Origin: Vitrella brassicaformis CCMP3155
Lineage: Eukaryota; Protista; Chromerida
Direction of reading: 5' to 3'
DNA length: 64,000 nucleotides
Assembly: GCA_001179505.1 (NCBI GenBank)
Contig: CDMY01000488.1
Span: 124,001 to 188,000 of the forward strand
Below the pieces are notes generated by a model that was not told the origin of the DNA, did not search any database, and worked only from the letters and a program-made list of their open reading frames with translations. Below, piece after piece: positions 35,554 through 48,800 of the stretch (position 1 is its first letter; each line of letters begins with the position of its first letter). Made by a program: the position numbers and the translations under genes.

Positions 35554-38500
35554 TCAGACGGCCTTCATGTCGGTGGTCTCATCCGACGGCGAGCCGTCCT
35601 CATCGTCGTCGCTTTTTTTGGGCAGCGGCAGCGTCAGCTGGTCCCGCAGCTGCATGGCCGCGCAGGGGTAGACGAACATGGCGAAGTAGTCGCTGACCAT
35701 GTCGCCCCCAATCCCGTAAAACTCCCGCACCTTCGCCCGCCACACCGCACCAAACAGACCGGTGCAGCACATGATGGCCTACACACACACAGCGAGAGAC
35801 AGAGATGAAGATGACAGCACAGAGGCGAGTATGGATCCACGCGTCCCCTCACTCACTGACCCATGCGATGGTGTGGAGGTTGGGCACACCAGCGGCCGCC
35901 TGTATGATGAGCAGAGCGAAGCACCCATAAAAAGTTGCGGCCAGGCCGATGAGGCACAGGTTTGCCGTGAGGCGGGACTGTGTGCGGTGGGCGATGGGGG
36001 AGAAGGCGCCCACGGGGTTGACGAGGTAGACGAGGAATGTCGACAGCATCCCCCATGTCGGCCTGTAAAAAAGCTGCAACAGCGAGGAAGGAGGCGGTGT
36101 GGTCTGGTGTGCAGGTCGATCTGTGTCTGTGTTGTGTGGTGGGGTGCTGCCTGACCGTCGTGAGGCCGTGTTTCCACTGCTGCCATGGGTACTGTCTGAC
36201 GTCGCCCTTGTCGTAGGCACACACCCACCTGAGCACACAGACACACTCATAGAAGTACTCTGATGGATGTTTGCTTGCGAGTGTGAGGCGCCTCATGCAC
36301 TCAACTCACTCACTCACTCACCACATGGATGCGCACATGTAGCACACGATGATGGTGAACAGGAGGCCCGTCACTATGCTGCCCGTCTGCAGGGCGCTCA
36401 GCGCCTTTTCGCCACCAGCCACCAACAGCGCTGCGACACACAGACAGAAGGAGGGGACATGCCGTCCATCCATCCATCCATCCACCGGTCTGTTGATGGA
36501 TGCACCTGTGGCTGTCGCTCCCTCTGTCAGTGACCAGAACACTCGTGTGAGTGTGGTGGTCTCCTGGCTGCCGTTGTCACTGATAGAGTCCACCACGAGG
36601 GAGCCAGAGTCGCTCGTCGTGATGAAGTAGATCGTCAGCGCCACCAGGCTGACGCCCGACAAGAATCGGCCCACACCGGCCTGCAGACAGACAGACAGAC
36701 AGACAGAGGAGAGAGCCGCATCTACAGCTGAACGGCTGAACGCATTGCAGCGCGTGTATGTCTTACGTAGTGGTCTGAAGCATCGCCAAGGTGACCGATC
36801 GACAAAATATACACACACACAAGCAAGGATATGCATCACACGCTCCCTCCCTGTGTGTGTGTCCGTCGTGTGTCAGTCAGCCCAGCCGTACCCATGACGT
36901 CGAACCACATGTCATTCGTCCCCCTGCACGTCAGCCGCACATAATCGTCTGGCCCAGGCACCTGCACCCGAGACATCCACACACACGCAGACAGACAGAC
37001 AGAGTCGATCTCCACTGCTGGGTGGGATGGGATGGGATGCACTCTCACTCACCGCAGGGAATTCCGTCGAGCAGTCGACGCCATTCCGGGCCGCCTCGCG
37101 CTCCATCCGCAGACCCGCCCCGCCAAAAATTGAAAACCTGCAGCCAGCGATTGATAATCAATCACGTGTGTGCAGCGATCGATGCCTCAAGTGCAGTGCG
37201 CATCTATCGTGATAGCTGTGCTGACTGACCAGAAGAAAGTGTACAAGACGGGGGCGGACATGGTTCCGTTCAGCACCTGCCGGATGGTCCTGCCGCGGGA
37301 GATCTTTGCGATGAAGAGGCCGACGAAGGGACAAAAGGCGATCCACCAGCCCCAGTAGAAGATCGTCCACGAGTTCATCCAGCCCTGGGGCGCGCCGGTG
37401 CCGTCGGGCGATGATTTGGCCTCCTGCTCAAATGCATCGGACCATGACCCGAGCTTCAGGATCTGCACACACATCGGACAGGCAGACGTCGGCCGCTTGT
37501 TTTGGGCTTGTGTGAGTGTCTGGGCGGGTGTGTGGCTGACGCACTCACTCACCCATTGGAAGTAGACGCCGACGGACTGCGTGTAGAGGTTGAGGAGGTA
37601 CCAGGTGTTGTCCGAAAACATAACGACGACCAGCAGCAGGTTGCCCAACAGAAAGCAGAATTGGGACAGAAACTTAATGCCGGCCTTCAGACCTGCAGTC
37701 ACGAACGTCACACCCACGCGGCATGTGTGTGGAGATGTGTGTGTGTGTGTGGGACGTACCCGACACGCATGAGGCGAGCGATATCACAGTGATGACCCAC
37801 AGGACGATCACGTTATTCTGTAGGGTGCCGGGAAAATTGGGCTCGTACCTGCACACACAACACACGTGCATCCATCCATCCATCTACGAGGGGGGCAGAC
37901 AGAACCCATCGTGAGCCACTGTGTGTATTTGTTTACCGGGCCAGCCCCTGGTTGAGTTGCATGACCCCCAGACCCAAGGAAGTGCACACGCCGAAGATGG
38001 TGCAGATGATCGAGATGATATCCTGAAGACACACACACACACACACATACACAATTGTTGTGTGGCAGTGTGTGTGTCTGTGCCACTGACCACAAAGTCC
38101 CCGACAGGCCCGAAGATGTGTTCGCCGATCAGCGGGTAGAATGCCGACTTCATGGCCAGAGGGAGGCCGAAGCGGTAACACAACAGGCCCAAGAGAAGCC
38201 CAACGATAGCGTAAACCACATACCCGTGCAGCCCCTGTCCATCCACACCACGCCACACCGACATCGAATGTCTAATGCCTGCCATGTGAGCCCGCCCCCT
38301 CCGCAGTACCCAGTGGAAAAGTGTGATGAGCATGGACCACTGCGCCCGCTCGTTGTCTTCCATCTCTGCCCAGCGCGAGCCGTGGCACTGGCCCGTACCG
38401 GGCACAACGCTGCCGTCAGCGTTGTGTCGCACCGCCCCGGCGAAGGGGTTTCCATAACACGGCTCATAGTGAAAGATCGGCTCAGCCTACATCGAGTTGC

Positions 38501-39382
38501 GGTAGACGGCAAACTTGGCGTACTACACCGCTTTTCTTCCTGTGCCTACCACGCCAAAGTAGAACATTCCGACGCCCACACCGCAGCAGAAGAGCATGCT
38601 GAACTGCATGGACGCACACACGCAACCAAGGGGGGAGGGAAAAGACAACGGCGAGAGCAGAGCATGTTTGTCTGTCGCCAGCAGCTTCCATCCTAAAAAA
38701 AACGAACCCACGAGACGGTTGAGAACTCGGGCTTCTCGTCGTCCTTGCCCAACTTGATGTCGCCATACTTGCTGAAGTAGCTGCACACAACAAGGCCGAC
38801 ACGCACTCAGATGGGCAATGGTGTGGTGTGAGTGTGTGTGTGTGTGTGTGCCTGTTTGTCACACCACATACATGTAGAGTAGGAAGAAGACCCACACGGC
38901 CTGCGTGCCCATGTACAGCCAGGTGAAGGTCGCGGTGATCCACGCCTTGGCCGCTGACAGGTACCTGCACACACACACACCAACACAACGACACCACAAC
39001 CTCCCTCCCATGGTCGTCCTCCTCTCGATAGTATCAAGGCGGCACTCACTGGTTGGCTGGACACTCGCCCCCTTCCTCAATGCCGGCGCAGCTTATCATC
39101 GCCCACGCCACAAAGCTGCACAACACACCACGCCTGTCGCTCACTTCTTTGTCTCATTCTTTTCCCCCTCCTCACTGACCCCCAGATGAGCAGGATTGAG
39201 GTGAAAGTGATCACAGGGTTGAACCGCACCATCCACAGACCCGAGCCAAACTGCCACGAGATGCTCTTGCCGGTGGTTGATGTCGAGTCAAACGAGGCGG
39301 TCTCGGCCTCCGCTTCAGCTTTCCGGCTGGTTGTTGTCGTGGCATCCATGGCGCTCGGCGTCGAGTCAGCTACCTTCATCAT
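35554..39382 (-). CDS. BCCT-family (betaine/choline/carnitine) transporter with a PLAC8-like C-terminal extension
   Basis: ATG at 39382; W.SMLFCCGVGVGMFYF; TLFHW|GLHG; LPLAMKSAFYPLIG; GVCTSLGLG; WTIFYWGWWIAFCPFVGLFIAKISRGRTIRQ; YFITTSDSGSLV; ALQTGSIVTGL. Tail is RAKVREFYGIGGDMVSD..VYPCAAMQ; TGA at 35554. Confidence 0.92.
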
Positions 39383-39869
39383 GATGTGGGAAGGAAACTC
39401 ACTGATCTGAGAGCGATGGAGAAACCGCACAGCATTCGAATCGAACAAAGGACATGGAGGGAGAGAGGGCGTTGAGGAGGGAGGGAGAGAGGGCATGCGG
39501 CGGTTGGTTCTCCCGCCACCATCGGGTGCAGATGTGTGTGTTGGCCCTCACCTGCTTCCCAAATTGCCAGATCAGCGGCGTTTTCCCTTTCCTGAGATCT
39601 GCTCGCCAAAAAGCTCGCAGCTCGCAAGTAGTTCCGCATTTTCCCTTCGCCCCGGGTGCACGAAGAGGACTTGGTCCCTCTCGCAGCCAGATCCACTCAA
39701 GGGGCGGCGACCACGGCGTGCTTTCGTCGACGCACATACCTGAGCGATCGGAACCAATCGTCTGGAGAAACCACCGACGCTAGTTCCCTGAGGGCCGAGG
39801 AGGAGCCTCAGCAGACCATTCTACGTCATACCAGCGGCTGACAGCTTTTTTCGCACTCTGTGATTTTCG

Positions 39870-42800
39870 ATGGCGACTCGTCACGGCCGGGCGGCGCGCG
39901 ACGACGGCCCTGAGATACCCCTGCCTAGTGAACGCATCCGCGACCCGCTGCCTGACAGAAACCCCGGCGACAAAGAGCAGCTTCGGAGATCGCCGAATGA
40001 GAAGGCCATCGTGGTGCAGGAGAACTGGCTCAAGAAGCTGGCGGAGGAGATGGCCAAGAGCGGTGCGGCTGTGCAGCCGTACACGTCGCCGCTGCTGCAG
40101 AGCTTCATAATGGCGTCTCTGGGGCTGCGCGCCAAAGACAGCAAAGACAAACACACACGCGACATGCGCCAAGAGGTAGGACAGCCTGTGTGTGTTCATC
40201 GGTGGGGTGGGAGGAGGGGAAGGGGGGTTCAGCGGTATGATGGTGCCGTGTGTGTGATGCTTTCGGACCGTCTGTGTCTGTGTCGGTGTGTGTGTGTGTA
40301 GGAGTACAAGTATATGCGCAATGGTTATTTGGCCAACCACGTGGAGATGAGGCTCAGGTCCATGAACCTGTCGGCGGGCAAGAAGGTACGCATGTCGAGG
40401 CAGACAGCACTGTGTCTGTCCATCGACGGCCAATGTGTCCATGATGCTCTGTGTGTGTGTGTTGGTGTGTGTGTGTGTGTGTGTGTGTAGTATCAGGTTG
40501 GTCGTGAGAGTCAGCGTCAGTACTGTAGCAAGAAGAAAAAGAGGACCGTCGGCATGGCAGACAGGTCACTCACTCACACGCAGCCACACGGATGGATGTG
40601 TAGATCTGTCTGTGTGTGTGTTGTGTTGCGTCGTGTGTTTAGGTATTGGGTGATCAAGGGGCGTGAGTTGTGGGTGTACCGCGAGGCGTTTGAAAAGGAA
40701 GGAGAAGCAAGCCCAAAGGTGCACAGCTGACGAACTTACATGTCGATACTCAACGAGTGAGTGCATGTCTGTGTCTGTGTGTGTGTCGTGCGGTCAGGTG
40801 TACACTTTGGCGGGAGCACAGCACACTTTCCTCCAATACGAGGAGCGACCCGCCATCTTCCCCAACACCATACCTCACGTGAGCACACACACGCGCGGGC
40901 GCACGCTCACTCTGTCTGTGTGCCTCTACCTCTGTCTGTCTCTGTGTGTGTGTGTGTGTGTGGGTGGTGTGTGTGATGATTTAGATTGACGAGAATGGCA
41001 AGCTGGTGCGGAAGAAGCCCTTCGGCCGCGTGGAGATCAGGCCCAAAGACAGGACGGACAACGGCAGAGAAGGCAGACCCCTGCTCCTCTACTGCGACAA
41101 TGAACAGGTAAATACACACACTTGTCTACTATGACACACACACACACGGAGGTGGGATGGATGTGTCTAGTGCGTGTGTGTGTGTGTCTGTGTGTGTATT
41201 ATGCGCAGGAGTTCAAGGACCTGAAGACGCTGGTTGAGTCGTCGCGCTTCTTCGAAGACGCCAAAACGTTCGAGCTCATCAGGTCAACCCCCACTCCCAC
41301 ACGACATCCATCCATCTATCCATCGGCTTGTCTGTCCTGTCTACATGCCTGCAGGAAGTGTGTGAATCGCATGGTGTTCAAGGACACGCAGTTCGCCATG
41401 GATAGGCTCAAGGCCGAGTTTGAGCAGAGGAAGAAGGACAAGGAGCTCGTCGACTCGTTCACCAAGAAGCTCCTCCACCTCGAGGCCAACAAGGCATTCT
41501 CCAAGTGGAAGGCCACGTACTTGCGCAAGTCGCTCAGCCTCAACGCCCATGTCCAATCCCTCACACGGTCAGTCAGTGACACTCAACCCCCCACCACTCA
41601 CACCCCTCTCTCGCTCCACAACACACACAGAGAGAGACTTGTTCTCTGCCTGTCTGTCTGTGTGTGGTGTCCACCGCCCACAGGTCGCTGTACGACACGT
41701 TCAAGCGTCGGCACAAGAAGCAGTACATGAGCATCGAGGAGCTGACGACAGCGTCGGTCGAGATGGTGCAGGAGGCCTACCGCCGCGGCATCGCACAGCG
41801 CCACGCCAACGAGACCCGGCGCCTCATGCACATGCGCTTCCACCCCCAGGCGGCGGGCGGTGGGATGACCACCACCAGCACCATGATGAGCTCCACATTC
41901 AGCCCCATCACCTTCACACCAGGGGCTGCCACCGCACCCGCCGGCCTGGGCGGCTCGCTCAACTTCTCGACTCCGTACGTGTGTGTGTGTGTCCATTTGC
42001 CGAGTGTCTGCACACGCATACACGCGATGGTGTGTCTGTGTGTGTGTGTGTGTGTGCAGGTCTTCTGCCGGGCTGCCTGGTGGTACGACACGTTCTGCGC
42101 CGGGTGCGTTGGGGTCAGGGGAGGGTGAGGTCAAGCGTTTCGTGAAGAACCGTCTGAAGGTGGGCAAGCTGGGGCGGGAGTTCGCCGTGGCCTACGACGT
42201 CCACCCCACACTGAGAGAGTGGTTCCAGACACCACACGTAAGCCCCCCTCCCCCCCCCCGACACACACACACAGAGAGAGAGAGGGAGAGAGAGATGCAT
42301 GCCCACGTGCAAATGTGTGTGTCGATGTGTTTGTGAGTGCATGCAGGCGGAGAACAACTGTAGCAGCGACTCGATGGGCTTGGAGCGTGCGTGGGTGATG
42401 CTGGCCGACGACCTGTCGCGTCTGCTCTGGATTCCCGACAGCATCGGCGAGAACGACCGGCAGCGCATCAACGCCGCCATGCGGTACTTCGTCCCCATGG
42501 ACGGCATCTCGGCCATCATCGTCAACACACCCAGACCCAAAGACTTCTCCGTCTTCAACGTCTTCGGCGCACAGGTGCGTGTGTACACCCCTGCGCCCTT
42601 CACGTGTGTGGCACTCTCTCTCTCCCCCTTCCCCTCTCTGTGTGCTGTGCTGTGCTGTGCTGTGTGTCAGGAGCCTGAGTTTGTCAAGAGGATGCAGCTG
42701 GGGGTCAAGTCGTTCATGAAGACCAGCCAGTTCGCCCAGGACGTCTCGTCGTCGGTGGTGTCGGGCGCTGCGCGCAAGATCACCCGGCCCGTGGAGACCC

Positions 42801-45800
42801 GGTCCGGCAGCTGGTTCACCATCTGCGGGCCCAAGATCGGCCTCCCATTCTCAATACCGGGTGCGTCTCGCGTGTTATTCGTGTGTGTGAGTCGTGTGTC
42901 ACACCAGTGTACGTGTGGCGTGTGGGCGTGTCTTTTGGTGGGTTCAGAGTTGTTCCAGACCGATGCCGAGAGGGTGACGCTGCTCAAGCTGAACTTCGAG
43001 ATCGACGTAGGCAGAAGACGGATGACTACCGACAGTCTGCAAGTCCCTGTCTGTGTGTGTGTGTGTGTGTGTGGTGTAGTCTGCAAGTCTGAACCACGCG
43101 TTGCTGGAGGAGGTCAAGCGGCTCGACGGCAATTTCATGGCACGCACCATGGGCCAGGCGGGCAACACCGTCGGCTCGCTCTTCAGCACCTCCAAAAAGC
43201 AAACAGGTGCAGTGCGCACACACACACACACAGACAAGCCCCCTACACACAGGTCGATCCATCCATCCATCCATCCGTGTGTGTGCAGACAAGACGGACG
43301 ACACTCTGCTGAGGACGTACGCCACCTTCAGCACCCTCTACCAGCGGTACCGTACGGCCACCAAGCCGGGCCTCACCCCGGTGTACGGCTGCCGATTCGT
43401 GCTGGAGATCCCCATCAACGCCGAGAATGGACACAAGCACAGAGACAACTACCCCAACTACCAAGACGCCAGACGCAAGTTCATGCAGGGTAGCTTCCTA
43501 CCTAATTGCCTGCCCTCGTGCTGCTGTGCTCGGCTCGGTCGTCCTCTCATTTGATTTGTGTGTGTTGTGTGTGTTGGGTCTGTCTGTCTGTCTGTGTTTA
43601 GCGGTGGAGGGGACGTTGGACATCTGGGCCAAGCACCCCGACGAGACGAGAGAAGACGCCGACTTCATCGTCGGCACCGGCACTGTCAGCCTCGCGCCGC
43701 TCGGCACTTCAGACGTCCTGCCCGCCGACCAGGCACGCACTCTTTACAGCCAGACACACAGAGAGGTTGACTGACAAGATGCGATGCTTTCCCTCGCTCC
43801 TTTTCGTCTGGTCTGCACACAGATCAACTTGGTGTCCGTTGTCGACAGCGAGAATCCCTTCACGGTAGACAACCACCCATCCACCACACGGCCCCTCACA
43901 TGCCCTGCCTGCCTGCCTGCCTGCCTTTGCTGCATTGTGCAGGAGTCTCAGCGGACTGCGTTGGGGAGTGTGGAGGCTCCGGCGGGTCTGGCCCCCGAGG
44001 GTGCGGGTGAGGCCACCCCGGCCCCCTCGCGTGTGCGCAAGGTGGGCCAGGTGAAGCTCAAGTGCAACGTGGCCAGGGTGGTGGAGCCCGTCGCCAACCG
44101 GCCCCTCTCGCCAGACCTACTCGGACTCAGCCAACTGCAGGTACGTGTGTGTGGCGGGAGTGTGGGAATCTGTTGTGGTGCATGCTTCATCTGTTGTGCA
44201 TCGGTTTGTCAGGGTGTGACGTCCATGAGCAAGATGATCGACCCCGATGACGAGCCAGCAGAGGGGCAGCCACCCAAATTGCTGGTCAGTGGCAGAACTG
44301 CAATACGCAGCAGAAAAAAGGACAATGGCGGTCCTCCGGCCTGTGTTGGCGAGTCATCATCCCTGCGTGTGTGTGTGTGTGTGTGTGCAGGATTCGGTGG
44401 AGAAGCGCGAGGGCAGCGTGATGGAGTTCTTCATCAAGAAGCTCGAACTCACCGACACAACTGCAGACAGAGACCAAAACCCGGCGTACTTCATCCGTAC
44501 GCACACGCGCATCCACCGACCCCCACCGCCCAATCGCCCCAATGACCATCTCGCTGCCTTGTTGTCGCCTGCGATTGTGTCGTCGTCCATTCGTGTGTGC
44601 AGATATGACAAGTGGTGACGTGAGCTGCGTGACGGGCGTGGCTTCGCAAAGCGGCGGCGGCACGGGGTGCGAGTACAATGGCAAGTACTACCTGAGCCTC
44701 TACGACAACACCCCGTTCGAGCGGGTGAGGTTCGTGAAGCTGACGGTATTCAAGGTCAACGCCGGCTACACCTCAACCTCAGATCTCGAGCAGGCCGCTG
44801 TACGGGTAGGTAACCCAAACTGACTGACGGGCAGGCAGTGAGAGAGATGGGGGGAGAGGGGGGGAGGGGGGGAGGGGCGAAGTGTTGTTCCATCCATCCA
44901 TCCATCCATTGGTCAGTTTGGTCTGGCGACGGCGCCCAACTTCACGGATTCCACGAAGGTGGGCGAGCTGGTGTTCGACACGTGGGCAATGGAGCCCAAC
45001 AGCGCACATGACAGCGGGCAGACCTACGCACTCTTCAAGCCAGGTCTGGCTGTCTGTCTGGGTGTGGAGTGTGGGGCCCAGGTGACGGCACCCGTGTGGG
45101 CATTGCGTGTGCGTGTGCGTGTGTGTATGTGTATGTGTGTGCAGGTCTGGCGAGCCAGCTGATGGGCAAGAGTGCCGACCTCGCTGCCAGGCAGCATCTC
45201 GCCAACGCCTTCGGACCAACGGAACGAGGGGTCAGTCATCTTTCTGTCTGCCTGCCTGCCTACCGGGATGGATGGATCTCTCTCTGTGTTTCTGTGTGTG
45301 TGTGCAGTTGGCGCCTGACGTGCAGAAAGAGCAGTTGGTGGCTGACGTGCAGCTGCACATGCGTGTGTCCCTCCGCAACCGCGACGCCGTGCAGCTTGAG
45401 AGGCAACGCAACGGCGAACCGCTCATTCTCGTCGGTGACAAGGTACGTGACCCACCCACCGACTCAGTCACCCCACCTCTGCACACACACTCATATGGCT
45501 CTGTGTGTGTGTGTGTGTGTGTGTGTGCAGGTGTTGTTGATGCTGGAGGAGCCGTTCAAGTATCCGGAGACGCAGCTGGAGTACAGGCAGCGTTTCTGCC
45601 ACCCTTGCCCTGCCAGAGAACTCACCGAAGAGGAACACAGGAAACTGAGGGAACAAACGCCATTCGAGCCAGGGAGGGCGGGCAAGTTGGGGTGTCCACT
45701 CAGGCGGATATGCAACCGGTGCGTACACACGTGGGGCGGGCAGCCAGGCACAAACACGACGATAGAGCCAGCGAGTGGCCACAGTAAATGCTGGATCGGC

Positions 45801-48800
45801 TGTGTCCGTCCGGTGTGTGGGCGTCCCCCCATGTCCACCACACATACATGTGTGTAGGGCTGAGCACCAGGCCTCTGGCATACTGACGGAGTACGACCCC
45901 AAGTCGGGGATGTGGAAGCTCAAGGAGTACGACCCCAAGAAGGTCCACCCGCTACCTCTCTACGTCAAAGACCCGGTCCCTCATGTGGTCAGTCGACACA
46001 CCCACACCACACCACACTCGTTTCAATCACGGTGTCTGTGTCTGTCTGTCTGTCTGTCTGCACATGCAGTTCCGTCTGCCCGACAACGAGAAGCTGTTCC
46101 TGGACAAGAAGCTGCCCGGCGTGTGGAAGCGCATCATCGCCGACGGCTTCAAACCAGGAGACATCGTCGACAGACTCACACACAGGTCAGCACAATCAAC
46201 ACAGCAGCACACCAACACGGCCCGGCCGACGCTTGCTGATGTGTGACGTGTGCATGGTTTGTGTTGCTTGTGCAGGGTGCGTTATGTGCCCGCGACGGTT
46301 TTGGCGGTTTACCGGAATAACACGGCGGCTCTCCAGTGGTCCAAAGAAGAGAATGAGCGAAGAACGTTCGAACAAGTGAAGCTGCCCGGTCAGCGAAGAG
46401 TGACCCACACAACCACACAAACCACACAAACCACACCCACACACACATGGGGCGTGCGTGCGTGCGTGTTGGTGCTGTGCTGCCTGGATGGCTGGATGGA
46501 TGTGCGTGTGCAGCGTCGATCATGGCGTTCAAGGACCAGCGGATTCTCGCCGGCGTGCCGCTGGCACTGCTCAAGTCGCCACACCAGGCGGGATGCTCCA
46601 TCTACGACTGCGGCGTCGTCAAAACACACAACGGTCGGCTCGCAACACACCACCCCACACCACACCACACCACACTCACCGAGACAAAGACAAAGACACC
46701 TGCGTCGGCTGCAGGTTTGACGGTGCCCGAGCGGTCGTATGGCGGCATCCTGCCGATCGACGCCAACCCGGCCTTCTCGCAGTACGAGTGGACAGTCACC
46801 GTCAGATGCCAATCAGAGAAGGTGCCAATGTCTTGACACATACACACACACACAAACAGAGAGAGAGCAAGAAAGACCTCAGTGTGCTGTGCTGTGCTGT
46901 GCTGTGTGGCGTGCAGGAGATGTTGGATTGGGTGACGATAGTGCGCAACGGGGTGCGTGAGCACGCCTACAAGGTCGGCCAGGCGTACCAGAAGGTGCTC
47001 GATGACGAGGAGCGGCGCCGAAATGTCCAGCTCGCCAGATACGCCGCCGGGGTGGACATCCAACGCGCCGCCCCGCAGAAGGGCAAGCTTGACCTGGTGC
47101 TCGTTGAGGCCAACATCCGGGTGCAGCAGCCATCCACCAAACTCAACAGGTCGGTGCGTTTTCAACACGCCAAGGCCATGAACAACACACACACACACAT
47201 CATGGGTGTACCCATGTGTGTCGTTCATTCCTTCAGGATGTTTGAGGACAGCGAGCGTCAGTTGAGTGGCCGGGCCGCCGGCACCCTCGACCTCTACGCC
47301 ACCTTCCAGTACGGCAACCTGCCCCAGCAGCTCTACGAGTCCATCGTGGCCGAGCAGCAGCCCACCCTCCAGATGCAGGCCCGGGAGGCGGTGCGCAAGT
47401 ACATCGTCGAGACCCTGCTGCAGTTCACTCCGCCCAAGATCACCATCGGGGAGGTCTCCCGGCCCAGCCCACCGCCCAGGGAGATGGTCGACAAGTTCGC
47501 CAACCAGGTCAACTTCCAAGCGGCGCCAGGAAGGACAACCGAACAGGCCAAAGCCGACAGGTATCGATCACAGACAAGCGTCTTCGTGTTGTGGTGTTGA
47601 TGTGTATCGTGTCTGTCCACCAGGCGTCGGTTTGCGGGTCAGTTGCACAGGGTGACGTGGTCTCGCCTGCAGACGGCAGCGACCCTCGAGGACGTGCCGC
47701 CGCTGATCAAGGACTACGACGTCAAGCCCACCAACGTCATCGACAACGTGGCCGGGCTGCTCGTGCAGAGGAGAGACGCCGTCGGACACCAGCAGTTCTA
47801 CCGCGCCTCATGGGCTGACCACACACAACTCAAGGTAAGTCCGCCTGGGTTGGCCAGCTGGCGGAAAGAAGGGCACGACGCACAATGGCGTGTTGTTGGG
47901 GCTGTCAGGCGTCTGGCGGTTTCATGTTTCGCACTGGGCTCATCTCGGTGCCTGACGACGTGCCGGTGCTGGTGGTCAAGGTGCTGACGCCCGCCAACTG
48001 GGGCGCCGTGCAGAAGGACACCGTCATCGGCACTGTCACCATCTCCACCCACGAGCTCATGGACGCGAAGAAACCGTTCCAAGTCGTGTGGAAAGCCCTG
48101 CAGGTGACACCTGACCACACACACACAGTGCAGGTATCGACGACATTCCGTTGTCCGTTTCTCTCTGTCCATTCCGTCCATCCCATATATCAGCCAGTGC
48201 AGAAGTACCGGGTGACGGTGCCCGGCGTCAAGAGGGCGACAATCTTCGAGAGCTACGCGGCCATGAGTGCGTTTGTGCTGAAGCATGACAAGACCGTCAA
48301 GGACCCCCAGCTGTACCAGGCTATCGCCAACCACAACATAGACGCGGATGAGCCCATCAAGTTCCCGCCCCCAAGGGGCCACAAGGAGGGCACCACCATA
48401 CGGGTGGGCGCCTGGGTGGGAGGGACAGACAGCACTCGCCGAATGGCAAATGACGGAACACAAGACACACAGACACACATGACATGCCTGGCTCGCTGCC
48501 GTGTGCAGGTGTTTGAGGACAGCCGCTACAGCGGTGAGGTGTGCTTCATGGTACGGTACGCCCCCACCAGCCGCCACCTGCTTCTGCACGACCTCCCATC
48601 CCCCATCGCATACCGAGTAGGAGACAAGGCATATCTGCCCCCATCCATCCGTCTGTCATGCGTCTGCTACACTGTGTGTGCAGGATTTTGAGATGGATCA
48701 CAGCCGTCGTGTGTTTGACGAGGCGGGTGCCCCCATCCGGCTGGGATGCTACGACCCCAACCTCAACTCATGCAAGTGAGTACACTCACACACACGCACA

